The notes below the pieces were generated by a model. The model was given only the letters and a program-made list of their open reading frames with translations. It had not been told where the DNA came from and did not search any database. Position numbers and translations under genes: made by a program. 64,000 nucleotides of DNA from Minisyncoccia bacterium (lineage in GTDB: Bacteria > Patescibacteriota > Minisyncoccia > Phycocordibacterales > UBA9973). Shown here piece by piece: positions 37,533 to 47,176 of this stretch (position 1 is the first letter of the stretch; each line of letters opens with the position of its first letter). The stretch is from assembly GCA_049287045.1 (NCBI GenBank), contig JBAQFC010000009.1, forward strand, positions 946 to 64,945, given 5' to 3'.

Positions 37533-39371
37533 TTATTCTACTGTTACAGATTTTGCTAAATTACGAGGCTTGTCTATATCACAACCACGTAGGACTGCAA
37601 TATGATATGCAAGAAGCTGCAAAGGTATTGTAGCAACAAAAGGCATCATAGTTTCTGAGGTTTCTGGAATTTCTATAGAATAGTCCGCAATCTTTTTGGC
37701 TTCAGTGTCACCTTCAGTAACAATAGCGATAATGATTCCTTTGCGTGCTTTTACTTCCATCATATTACTGATTACTTTTTCATACGAAGGTCCGTGAGTC
37801 GCAATAAAAACAACCGGCATATTTTCATCAACAAGAGCAATAGGTCCGTGTTTCATTTCTGCTGCTGGATAGCCTTCTGCATGTATGTATGAAATTTCTT
37901 TCAACTTAAGAGCTCCTTCGAGAGCTAAAGGAAAAGCATACCCTCGTCCAAGATAAATAAAATTTGTGGCGTCTTTGAATTTTTCTGCGATTTTTTTTGT
38001 AACATCATCAACCAAAAGAACCTTTTCAACTTTCTTAGGAATATTTTCAAGTTCCGTAAGAATCTTTTTCATTTCTTCTTTATTTAAAATTTCCTTCGCC
38101 TCTGCGAGCCATAAACACATCAACATCAAAACTGTAAGCTGAGAAGTAAAGGCCTTAGTAGAAGCGACACCAATCTCTGGTCCAGCATGGGTATACACGC
38201 CAGCATGAGTCGCACGAGGAATAGATGAACCGACAACATTACAAACTCCAAAAACAGTCGCGCCTTTTTCTTTAGCAAGATTGAGAGCAGCTAGAGTATC
38301 AGCTGTTTCTCCTGATTGAGAAATGGCAATAACTAAATCATTTTCATAAACCACAGGATTGCGATATCGAAATTCAGAAGCGTACTCGACAGAAACTGGC
38401 ATATGAGCAATATCCTCAAAAAAATATTTTGCTTCGAGTCCAGCATGCCAAGAAGTACCGCAAGCCAAGATTATTATTCTTTTTGCATCTAAAAATTGTT
38501 GTTGGTAATTCTCTATGCCCCCTAACTTTATCATCCCGTCTTCAGAACTTATTCTTCCACGCATAGAGTCATGTATTGAACGTGGCTGTTCAAAAATTTC
38601 TTTCAACATAAAATGTGGAAAGCCTCCTTTCTCCAGATCTTCTATTTTCATTTCCAATTTTTGAATGTAAGGATCTATGATTTCATTTTGAATTGTCTTT
38701 ACGACAAGTTTGCCATTTTTAATAACAGCCATCTCTCCGTCTTCTAGATAAATAACTTTATTTGTATATTCAATGATTGGAGTGGCATCAGATGCAATAA
38801 AATATTCTTCATCTCCAATGCCTAGAACTACCGGACTTCCTTTTTTAGCAATTATTACTGTCTCAGGTTCTTCTTTACATAACACTACTATCGCATACGC
38901 ACCGACAACCTTGGACAACGCAAAACGTACAGCTTCATCTATAGAAGTATTTGTGTTCTTTTTAACATCTTCGATCAAATTTACTAGAACTTCTGTATCT
39001 GTATCACTATCAAAGTGATAACCTTTTTCTATTAGGACTTTTTTAAGAGAAGCATAATTTTCTATTATACCGTTATGAACAAGAGCAATATTACCAGAAT
39101 TTGAAAGATGAGGATGAGCATTTCTGTCAGAAGGTTCTCCGTGAGTCGCCCAACGAGTATGCGCGATACCAACTGCGCCTGAAATATTTTTGTCCATTGC
39201 GAACTTTGAGAGTTCAGCGACTTTGCCTTTTTTCTTGTAAACAGATAAAGAATTTTGTCCTAAAAGTGCAATACCTGCACTATCGTATCCACGATATTCA
39301 AGACGTTCTAGACCTTTAATTAAAATAGGCCAAGCTTCCCTTTTTCCAATGTATCCAACTATTCCACACAT
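37533..39371 (-). CDS. glmS: Glutamine--fructose-6-phosphate aminotransferase
   Basis: MCGIVGYIG N-terminal nucleophile; SIS domains; 612 aa. Confidence 0.9.
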   Translation of the reverse strand: MCGIVGYIGKREAWPILIKGLERLEYRGYDSAGIALLGQNSLSVYKKKGKVAELSKFAMDKNISGAVGIAHTRWATHGEPSDRNAHPHLSNSGNIALVHNGIIENYASLKKVLIEKGYHFDSDTDTEVLVNLIEDVKKNTNTSIDEAVRFALSKVVGAYAIVVLCKEEPETVIIAKKGSPVVLGIGDEEYFIASDATPIIEYTNKVIYLEDGEMAVIKNGKLVVKTIQNEIIDPYIQKLEMKIEDLEKGGFPHFMLKEIFEQPRSIHDSMRGRISSEDGMIKLGGIENYQQQFLDAKRIIILACGTSWHAGLEAKYFFEDIAHMPVSVEYASEFRYRNPVVYENDLVIAISQSGETADTLAALNLAKEKGATVFGVCNVVGSSIPRATHAGVYTHAGPEIGVASTKAFTSQLTVLMLMCLWLAEAKEILNKEEMKKILTELENIPKKVEKVLLVDDVTKKIAEKFKDATNFIYLGRGYAFPLALEGALKLKEISYIHAEGYPAAEMKHGPIALVDENMPVVFIATHGPSYEKVISNMMEVKARKGIIIAIVTEGDTEAKKIADYSIEIPETSETMMPFVATIPLQLLAYHIAVLRGCDIDKPRNLAKSVTVE

Positions 39372-39453
39372 AGGTAAAATGTAGCACGAAAATGATTATA
39401 AATAAATAACTAAATTTGCCAAAAAAATAGTTTTCGTGTAATACTGTTACGTA

Positions 39454-41661
39454 ATGAAACTTTTAATTGTGGAATCACCTTCAAAAGCAAAGACTATCGA
39501 GAAGTATCTTGATGGCGCATTTACTGTGCGCGCATCTGTCGGACATATTCGTGATTTACCAAAATCAAACAAAGCTGCGATAGATATCGAGGCCGGATTC
39601 GTACCTCATTATGAGATATCAAAAGGCAAAGAAAAAGTTGTACATGAACTTCAAAATCTTGCAGAAAAAGCGACAGAAATAATGTTGGCGACTGACCCCG
39701 ACCGTGAAGGAGAAGCTATCGCTTGGCATATTGAAGAATTATTGAAACAAGATAAAAAAGTAAAAGCTCCAATGCAACGTGTGGCTTTTCACGAGATTAC
39801 TAAAGAAGCAGTAGAAGAAGCATTACTGCATCCTCGTGCAATTGATACAGATTTACGTAAAGCTCAAGAGGCTCGTAGAGTATTGGATAGACTCGTAGGT
39901 TATGATTTGTCAGGACTTATCTGGAAAAAAGTACGTTACGGCCTTTCAGCTGGACGTGTTCAGTCCCCGGCTCTTCGTATCATTATGGAACGTGAAAGAG
40001 AAATTCGTGCTTTCATTCCGGAAAAATATTGGAGATTACATGGACTTTTTGAAACACTAAAAAAAGAAAAAATAGCTTTGGAATGTTCCAAAGAACCTAG
40101 AGACCAAGAACTCGTTGAAAAAATTCTTGAAGAAGGAAATAAAGGTATTTGGAAAGTTGCCGGAGTAAAAGAATCAGAACAAAAACGTTCACCTCGTGCG
40201 CCTTTTACTACTTCCACTTTGCAACAAACAGCTAGTTCACGCTTGGGATATTCACCATCACGTACTATGCAAATAGCGCAGAAACTTTATGAAGCAGGAC
40301 ATATCACATATATGAGAACCGACAGTACAAATCTTTCTGCAACAGCTCAAGCCCAAATTATCGCACTTATTAAAAAAGAATACGGCGACAAATACGCAGA
40401 GGCTAGAACTTATAAAACAAAATCAAAAAATGCACAGGAAGCCCACGAAGCTATTCGTCCGACTCATGTCGAAGTTTTTGAAGCTGGTACTGATGAACAA
40501 CAGAGACTTTACAAACTAATCTGGGAACGAGCAGTTTCTTCTCAAATGACAGACGCAAAACTTCTAAAAACAAAAGTCTCAGCTCAGATTGAAGGCCATG
40601 AAGACTTGCCTGATTTCACTGTCGTTGGTTCTAGAGTTCTTTTTCCTGGTTGGCTTGAAGTAGACAAAGATGCACGAGGAGAAGATGTCGAACTACCAGA
40701 AGTAAAAGAAGGTGAAAAATTAAAACTTCTTGATCTGGTCAGTGAAGAAAAATTTACCGAACCACCAAATAGATATTCTGAAGCAGGGCTTGTGAAAGAG
40801 CTTGAATCTCGCGGTATCGGACGACCTTCGACATATGCTGCTATTATGCGCACTCTAGAAGACCGTGAATATGTCCGTAAAGAAGGAAAAACATTGTTCC
40901 CTACTGATACCGGTGAAGTTGTTTCTGATTTCCTAGAAAATAATTTTGCAAATTATATCAGTGATACTTTCACTGCTGAAATGGAAGACAAACTTGATGA
41001 AATTTCTCGAGGTGAACGTGAGTATGAAAAAACTCTTAAAGATTTTTACGGTCCTTTCTTAAAAGAAGTAAAAGAAAAAGACAAACTAGATAAAGCGACA
41101 AACCTAGGCGAAGCGCCTGATAATATTAAGTGCCCTAAATGTGGTGGCAAGATGATAATTAAATTATCCAAGAATGGTAAGTTTTATTCTTGTGCAAATT
41201 ATCCAGATTGCGAAGGAGCATTGAAACTAGATGGTACAGAAATGGCAGGCCCAGTAGAAACTGGAGAGATGTGTCCAAAATGTGGCGAGAAAAAAGGCAA
41301 ATCCGGTGGCGGTAAGCTTGTAGTACGTGAAGGAAAATTTGGAACCTTTATTTCTTGTTCACGTTATCCAAAATGTAAATTTATAAAACAAGATGAAGAA
41401 GAAGTTAAAAGAAAAATGACTGATGTCACTTGTCCTACTTGTAAAGAAGGAAAAATGATGGAACGCCGCGGACGCTTCGGTATTTTTTATTCTTGTTCAA
41501 ACTATCCTGATTGTAAAAATGCTATCAAAGCAAAACCTACCGGACGTATCTGTGCAGAATGCGGATCACTGATGATGGAAGGCACAAAAACGATTCCGGA
41601 ACGATGTAGTAATAAGAGTTGCCCAAACCATAATCCACACAAATTAAACAAAATGCAATAG
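39454..41661 (+). CDS. topA: DNA topoisomerase I with C-terminal zinc ribbons
   Basis: MKLLIVESPSKAKTIEKYLDG TOPRIM start; multiple C4 ribbons at C-terminus. Confidence 0.9.
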   Translation: MKLLIVESPSKAKTIEKYLDGAFTVRASVGHIRDLPKSNKAAIDIEAGFVPHYEISKGKEKVVHELQNLAEKATEIMLATDPDREGEAIAWHIEELLKQDKKVKAPMQRVAFHEITKEAVEEALLHPRAIDTDLRKAQEARRVLDRLVGYDLSGLIWKKVRYGLSAGRVQSPALRIIMEREREIRAFIPEKYWRLHGLFETLKKEKIALECSKEPRDQELVEKILEEGNKGIWKVAGVKESEQKRSPRAPFTTSTLQQTASSRLGYSPSRTMQIAQKLYEAGHITYMRTDSTNLSATAQAQIIALIKKEYGDKYAEARTYKTKSKNAQEAHEAIRPTHVEVFEAGTDEQQRLYKLIWERAVSSQMTDAKLLKTKVSAQIEGHEDLPDFTVVGSRVLFPGWLEVDKDARGEDVELPEVKEGEKLKLLDLVSEEKFTEPPNRYSEAGLVKELESRGIGRPSTYAAIMRTLEDREYVRKEGKTLFPTDTGEVVSDFLENNFANYISDTFTAEMEDKLDEISRGEREYEKTLKDFYGPFLKEVKEKDKLDKATNLGEAPDNIKCPKCGGKMIIKLSKNGKFYSCANYPDCEGALKLDGTEMAGPVETGEMCPKCGEKKGKSGGGKLVVREGKFGTFISCSRYPKCKFIKQDEEEVKRKMTDVTCPTCKEGKMMERRGRFGIFYSCSNYPDCKNAIKAKPTGRICAECGSLMMEGTKTIPERCSNKSCPNHNPHKLNKMQ

Positions 41662-41666
41662 TAAAC

Positions 41667-41700
41667 AAAAGAGAGCATTGATGCTCTCTTTTAGATTTTT
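41667..41700 (+). terminator. Rho-independent terminator after topA
   Basis: aaagagagcattgatgctctcttttagattttt. Confidence 0.7.
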
Positions 41701-41732
41701 GCGGAAGTGCGGAAGTCCGACTTCCGCAAAAC
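41696..41732. repeat. GC-rich palindromic repeat copy 1 (ttttgcggaagtGCGGAAGTCCGACTTCCGCaaaac)
   Basis: 19-bp perfect palindrome gcggaagtccgacttccgc flanked by T4/A4; partial tandem duplication of left arm. Confidence 0.7.
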
Positions 41733-41790
41733 CTGTTAAAAAAATAACATAAAAAAAGCCTCATTAATTTGAGGCTTTTTGCTTTTTTTA

Positions 41791-42249
41791 TTAAGCAACA
41801 TTATTTTTTAGATAACGTTCCTTCCAAATTTTCCATTTCCAGGGTGTTGAGTGATAGGCATTTTCACCGTCTTCATTTTTAAGTTCAATCATAATCTTCT
41901 CAATGTCTGAATCTTCAAGAACAGGGGCATAATTCTTTACATAATCATCCTTTGATTCAAAACCATTACATGTAAGCGATTTAAGTAATCCATATTCAGT
42001 ACTGGTAAATATTTCATCACCAAATTTTTTTGCTGCACGTAATTCTTGTTCAATTATTTGCCATACTGTTGACTTTGTAAGGTTTGATTTTTCATTTGAC
42101 GTAATAAGTAATTTAAAAGGATGTCGATCCAATCGTGGTCCACGACTTATTACTAATCCCCAAATATCTTTTTTGTCTTTTTCCTCACCGACATATAACT
42201 CAATATCATCAGGATTAAAATAAATTTCCAGTGCTGTTCTACCTGTCAT
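41791..42249 (-). CDS. Hypothetical protein
   Basis: ORF 152 aa. Confidence 0.4.
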   Translation of the reverse strand: MTGRTALEIYFNPDDIELYVGEEKDKKDIWGLVISRGPRLDRHPFKLLITSNEKSNLTKSTVWQIIEQELRAAKKFGDEIFTSTEYGLLKSLTCNGFESKDDYVKNYAPVLEDSDIEKIMIELKNEDGENAYHSTPWKWKIWKERYLKNNVA

Positions 42250-42335
42250 AACTTTATATTTTAATGTACTTCCAGAATCTGCTGGGTCAGTTTTCTTCTT
42301 AAATTACCACAATAATTAACTATTAACAATAACAT

Positions 42336-42362
42336 CTCGCGGAAGTCGGACTTCCGCAAAAC
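42336..42362. repeat. GC-rich palindromic repeat copy 2 (inverted orientation: gcggaagtcggacttccgc)
   Basis: central triplet cgg vs ccg in copies 1 and 3. Confidence 0.7.
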
Positions 42363-42436
42363 TACAGCTGTTAATAAAATGGAATAAAAAAAGCCGTAAG
42401 AAATATAAATGTATATATTTCTTACGGCCTTACTTT

Positions 42437-42952
42437 TTAATTCAATATTAATCCTTTTGTAAGTTCTTTTTCTAATTTTAAATTAAGAATTAACATTTCT
42501 CCTTCAGCTAATACACGCCAAACGAATGAATCTTCATTTGCGCCTATTATCAGGTTACTTAAACCGATTGTATAATCCAGATTCGTAACCAATACAACAA
42601 TATTTGCTTCTTTTTCTTTAGCTCTTTTTTTAATTAAAGCCAAAGCCTTTGGATTGTCTTGTTTGTGTTTGTAAGAAATATTACTCCAAAATTCAGGATG
42701 AACTTCACAAGGAATATTTAATGCATCACTTAACATTTTCGCAGACTCTTCAGCATGAGGTGCGGAAGAAGATAATAACAAAACTTTTTTCTCATTCATT
42801 AAACTCTTTACAAGTTCAGGAATAAGATCATTTGTTTGCTTTTTACCTTTTTCGGTAAGACATTGTCCCATGGTGTACTCACCATGACGAATAATTATTA
42901 TTTTTCTTAACATAAGAATTTTTTTAAATGAACATTTCAGGCTTAACGGCAC
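42437..42952 (-). CDS. Histidine phosphatase superfamily protein (SixA/PGAM-like)
   Basis: IIIIRHGE (RHG catalytic motif); likely start at MLRKIIII (~42913). Confidence 0.55.
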   Translation of the reverse strand: MPLSLKCSFKKILMLRKIIIIRHGEYTMGQCLTEKGKKQTNDLIPELVKSLMNEKKVLLLSSSAPHAEESAKMLSDALNIPCEVHPEFWSNISYKHKQDNPKALALIKKRAKEKEANIVVLVTNLDYTIGLSNLIIGANEDSFVWRVLAEGEMLILNLKLEKELTKGLILN

Positions 42953-43053
42953 CTTTTACGAAGTCAAACTAATCTGTTTAACATTTCCATATATTGTCAT
43001 ATTTTTATGAATATGTCAAATCTTTAAATCAAAATGAATTAAAAATAGATACA

Positions 43054-43080
43054 TTTTGCGGAAGTCCGACTTCCGCAAAA
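43054..43080. repeat. GC-rich palindromic repeat copy 3 (ttttgcggaagtccgacttccgcaaaa)
   Basis: identical to copy 1 core. Confidence 0.7.
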
Positions 43081-43119
43081 CTGATGCATCAGTGGTAAAA
43101 AAATGTTAAAATTATCAGT

Positions 43120-44589
43120 ATGACAGACGTAAAACACATAATTAACCTAATCGAAGGAAAAATCCCAAAAAAAGATGAAGAGCTTATAATTAAAGCTTAC
43201 GAATTTGCTAAAAAAGCTCACGAAGGACAAAAAAGAATGAGCGGTGAACCTTATTTCATTCACGTTTTTGAAACTGCCAAAATTATTGCAAAACTTGGTA
43301 TGGATGCTCAGACTATTGCCGCAGGACTTGTGCATGATGTCTTAGAAGACACACAAATCAAAGAGGCAGAGATGGAAAAAGAATTCGGCAAAGATGTCGT
43401 TTTCTTGGTTAAAGGTGTTACCAAACTTGGAACCTTGAAATATCGCGGTCATGAGAGGCACGTAGAAAGTCTACGTAAATTTTTTGTCGCAATGGCCAAT
43501 GACTTACGTGTAGTCATTATTAAATTTGCTGACCGAATGCATAACCTTAGCACCTTACAGCATGTGAGAGAAGATAAACAAAAAAGAATAGCGATAGAAT
43601 CAATCGAAGTTTACGCACCGCTTGCAGACCGTCTTGGTATGGGTAAATTGAAAGGTGAAATCGAAGATGCTGCTTTTCCTTATGCTTACCCAAAAGAATA
43701 CGCTCAGGTAGAAGAAATAATAAAAGAGAAAAAAGATCTATATGAAAAATATTTGACAGAAGTACGCAATGAACTTCAGAAAGAATTAAATAAAAATAAA
43801 ATTAAATATACTGAAATTGATTATCGAATGAAGCACAAGTATAGCCTTTACAAAAAGCTTGTTCATTATGATATGGATATAGAAAAGATATACGATATTG
43901 TCGCTCTTCGTGTTGTTGTAGATACTGTTGAGGATTGTTATCGAGTTTTAGGTATTGTTCACTCTACTTGGAGACCATTACCGGGTAGAATCAAAGACTA
44001 TATTGCATCACCAAAATTAAACGGTTATCGTTCTATTCATACTACTATCTTTACTGGTTCTGGAGGAATCGCAGAAATACAAATCAGAACCAAGGAAATG
44101 CATGCTGAAGCGGCTTATGGTATCGCTGCGCATTTCGCATACAAAGAACAAGGTAATAAAAAAGCTCAAGACGACAAATCAAAATTCAAATGGATAGAAG
44201 AACTCAAAAATTTAAAACATATTTCAGATAAACCAGAAAAATTTATTGAGAATTTGAAAATGGATGTTTTCAATGATCGTATTTTTATCTTCACTCCTGC
44301 AGGAGACGTTGTAGATCTACCAGAAGGCTCTAGCTCAATAGATTTCGCTTACACGATTCACTCTGATATTGGCAGTCATATCTCTAGTGCAAAAATCAAC
44401 GGTAAAATGATACCAATCAGCACAAAATTAAAAAATGGTGATATTGTGGAAATAATAACCAAAAAAGATGCTCACCCTTCAAGTAAATGGCTAGAATATA
44501 CTAAAACAGGTTTAGCAAAAAAACATATTAAAGCTTATTGCGAAAAAAATAGCCTACTTGCAAAACTAAAATCATTCGGACATTTTTAA
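43120..44589 (+). CDS. rel: Bifunctional (p)ppGpp synthetase/hydrolase Rel (RSH; HD + synthetase + TGS, no ACT)
   Basis: HD: IAAGLVHDVLEDT; synthetase: DYIASPKLNGYRSIHTT; TGS: IFIFTPAGDVVDLPEGS. Confidence 0.85.
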   Translation: MTDVKHIINLIEGKIPKKDEELIIKAYEFAKKAHEGQKRMSGEPYFIHVFETAKIIAKLGMDAQTIAAGLVHDVLEDTQIKEAEMEKEFGKDVVFLVKGVTKLGTLKYRGHERHVESLRKFFVAMANDLRVVIIKFADRMHNLSTLQHVREDKQKRIAIESIEVYAPLADRLGMGKLKGEIEDAAFPYAYPKEYAQVEEIIKEKKDLYEKYLTEVRNELQKELNKNKIKYTEIDYRMKHKYSLYKKLVHYDMDIEKIYDIVALRVVVDTVEDCYRVLGIVHSTWRPLPGRIKDYIASPKLNGYRSIHTTIFTGSGGIAEIQIRTKEMHAEAAYGIAAHFAYKEQGNKKAQDDKSKFKWIEELKNLKHISDKPEKFIENLKMDVFNDRIFIFTPAGDVVDLPEGSSSIDFAYTIHSDIGSHISSAKINGKMIPISTKLKNGDIVEIITKKDAHPSSKWLEYTKTGLAKKHIKAYCEKNSLLAKLKSFGHF

Positions 44590-44590
44590 A

Positions 44591-44631
44591 TACAAAAATA
44601 GCTAGGTATATTACCTAGCTATTTTTGTATT
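44591..44631. terminator. Bidirectional terminator between convergent rel and parB
   Basis: aaaaatagctaggtatattacctagctattttt. Confidence 0.75.
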
Positions 44632-44634
44632 TAA

Positions 44635-45648
44635 TTAGACACTAAAATTTGTAATATCGTATAAATTAGGATCATCTTCTATCTCTCTTTTTTCTTCCTT
44701 GGTTCTGTCATCAAGAGGCACTTCTACATTTTCTTCAGTTGAGATATCTGAGGCTGGAACATTTTGAGCTATATAATTTTCAAGCATTCCAGATTGTGCA
44801 GGTAGATCAACTGATATTTTATTACCCGTCTTATTGATTAGATCCAAAATAGCTCGTAAGTCTTCAGTAGAAAAGAAATCTATTTTTATTTGTCCACCTA
44901 ATTCTTTTCTATCTATATGCACACGAGTACCGAGCTTGTCCTGAAATTCTTCTTCTAGTTCAGTAATTTCAGGATCAGGCATAAACTCTTTCTTGCGTAC
45001 ACGATCAAAAGCAATTTTTCTAGCAAGTCTTTCAGCTTCACGGACAGTAATTTTCTTATATAAAATTTCTTTGAACAAAACCATTTGTTCTTCAGGGTGA
45101 TCTGTCAACATTAATATTGGTCGAGTATGACCTTCTGTAATTCGTCCTTCAGAGAGAGTATTTAAAATTTCATCAGGCAATGCAAGAATACGAAGAGAGT
45201 TCGAAACATATTCTCGACTACGTCCCATTTTCTTGGCAACTTCAAGGTGGGTGAATTTAAATTCACTAACTAAACGTAAAAATGCTCTTGCTCGATCAAC
45301 AGAATTCAAATCTTCACGTTGCAGGTTCTCAATGATCGCAAGTTCGAGCTTCATAATAGAAGTATCACCTGTGCGGATAATAGCAGGTACCTGAGCAACA
45401 CCAGCGAGCTTCGCAGCACGTAGTCTGCGTTCACCGGCGATGAGTTCATATTCAGTTACAAGTCCCCCATCTTCTTTTTGGACTTCAACACGAGAGACTG
45501 TGAGTGGCTGAAGGATGCCGTATTGTTTTATGGAGTCAGCAAGGTCTTGAAGACGTGCTTCTTCAAATTCCCTTCTTGGTTGATATGGGTTTGGTTTAAT
45601 TTTATCGGTCTCGATCCAGAAAATTGAATTGGAATAAATGTTGGACAT
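44635..45648 (-). CDS. parB: Chromosome partitioning protein ParB/Spo0J
   Basis: GERRLRAAKLAGVAQVPAII, AIIENLQREDLN ParB box. Confidence 0.85.
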   Translation of the reverse strand: MSNIYSNSIFWIETDKIKPNPYQPRREFEEARLQDLADSIKQYGILQPLTVSRVEVQKEDGGLVTEYELIAGERRLRAAKLAGVAQVPAIIRTGDTSIMKLELAIIENLQREDLNSVDRARAFLRLVSEFKFTHLEVAKKMGRSREYVSNSLRILALPDEILNTLSEGRITEGHTRPILMLTDHPEEQMVLFKEILYKKITVREAERLARKIAFDRVRKKEFMPDPEITELEEEFQDKLGTRVHIDRKELGGQIKIDFFSTEDLRAILDLINKTGNKISVDLPAQSGMLENYIAQNVPASDISTEENVEVPLDDRTKEEKREIEDDPNLYDITNFSV

Positions 45649-45762
45649 TGCATTATTTTAGCATACTTTTTAAAAAGTAAATTATTGATTTTTGTCGCAA
45701 TGTGAAGTATTATTTAGAAATTGCTTAACTAAGCAATAAATACGAAGTGTATTATAAGAATT

Positions 45763-45846
45763 GCCCAGATGGCGGAATTGGTAGACGCGATGGACTCAAA
45801 ATCCATTGATGGCAACATCATGAGAGTTCGATTCTCTCTCTGGGCA
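45763..45846 (+). tRNA. tRNA-Leu (anticodon CAA), type II
   Basis: Hand fold: acceptor GCCCAGA/TCTGGGC, anticodon stem ATGGA/TCCAT loop cuCAAaa, long variable arm, T-arm GAGAG-TTCGATT-CTCTC. Confidence 0.8.
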
Positions 45847-45849
45847 CAT

Positions 45850-47175
45850 ATGCAAAAAACAAAAAGCAAGATAGTAAATTTTGAAATAGAAGGTGGACAC
45901 AAACTTCATGGGTCAATTACTACTAACACTTCCAAAAATGGATCAGTGGGTCTCTTGTGTGCTTCTCTTTTAAATAAAGGAAAGACAACTCTTCATGGTA
46001 TTTCTCGTATCGAAGAAGTTTTTAGAATTATAGAAGTTTTAGAAAGTATTGATGTAAAAATAAAATGGATTGGTGCACAAACCCTTGAGATAATTCCACC
46101 CAAAAGATTCAAACTAGAAAATCTAGATGCAACTTCTGCAATCAGAACTCGCAGTATTATTATGTTTGCAGGACCGATGATTCATCACATGGGATCATTT
46201 TCTTTACCTCATGCTCAAGGGTGTAAACTTGGAAAGAGGACAGTCAACGCACATATCTACGGCCTAGAAGAAATGGGTGTAAAAATAAAAGTTACAAATT
46301 CAACATATGAATTTTCTAGTAATAAATTAAAACCTACTACTGTCGTCATGTATGAATCAGGTGACACTGCTTGTGAAAATATTCTTACTGCAGCAGCTCT
46401 AATTCCTGGAAAAACAATAATTAAATTCGCCACAGCTAACTATATGGTGCAAGAAATTTGTTTTTTCTTGGAAAAATTAGGCGTAAAAATCGAAGGTATT
46501 GGTTCGACCACACTCACTGTCCACGGTATAAATGAAATAAATCAAGATATTGAATACTACAATAGCGAAGATCCTATTGAATCAATGATGTGGATCACAG
46601 CAGCCATTGCTACAGAATCAACCCTTGAAATCAAAAGATGCCCGATAGATTTCCTAGAACTTGAACTCTATAAATTAAAAAAAATGGGTTTCAAATACAA
46701 AACACTCAAAAATTATAAATCAAAAAATGAGCGTACAAGCTTGGTAGATATAGTAGTGCAACCTTCCAAATTGAAAGCCTTAGAAGACAAAATCGAACCT
46801 AGACCATATCCTGGCATAAACATAGATAATCTACCTTTCTTTGGACTTATAGCTGCTTGTGCTAAGGGCCAAACACTTATCCATGATTGGGTTTATGAAA
46901 ATCGTGCTATTTACCTAACAGAATTAAATCGTTTTGGAGCAACCGTCCTTCTTGCTGATCCACATCGTGTTTTTATACAAGGTCCAACGGAATTTAAATC
47001 AGGAGAAGTCGTCTGTCCACCAGCATTACGTCCATCAGTTGTTATTATGCTCGCAATGCTCGCAGCAAAAGGCACTTCAGTCCTTCGCAACGTCTACATG
47101 ATCAATCGTGGATATGAAGATATCGTAAATAGATTTAATAGTATTGGTGCAAAGATAACATCTTCAGAAAGCTAA
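45850..47175 (+). CDS. murA: UDP-N-acetylglucosamine 1-carboxyvinyltransferase
   Basis: IEGGHKLHGSITTN...; start moved to MQKTKSK since ORF-track 5' extension is the tRNA-Leu read-through. Confidence 0.85.
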   Translation: MQKTKSKIVNFEIEGGHKLHGSITTNTSKNGSVGLLCASLLNKGKTTLHGISRIEEVFRIIEVLESIDVKIKWIGAQTLEIIPPKRFKLENLDATSAIRTRSIIMFAGPMIHHMGSFSLPHAQGCKLGKRTVNAHIYGLEEMGVKIKVTNSTYEFSSNKLKPTTVVMYESGDTACENILTAAALIPGKTIIKFATANYMVQEICFFLEKLGVKIEGIGSTTLTVHGINEINQDIEYYNSEDPIESMMWITAAIATESTLEIKRCPIDFLELELYKLKKMGFKYKTLKNYKSKNERTSLVDIVVQPSKLKALEDKIEPRPYPGINIDNLPFFGLIAACAKGQTLIHDWVYENRAIYLTELNRFGATVLLADPHRVFIQGPTEFKSGEVVCPPALRPSVVIMLAMLAAKGTSVLRNVYMINRGYEDIVNRFNSIGAKITSSES

Positions 47176-47176
47176 A

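Noticed and set aside
41696-43080. CRISPR array interpretation of the three GC-rich repeats
   Set aside because: Only three copies, about 600 to 700 bp apart with genes between them, perfect palindromes and one inverted; not CRISPR geometry
45769-45849. N-terminal extension of murA ORF
   Set aside because: Is a translation of tRNA-Leu; MurA homology starts at MQKTKSK
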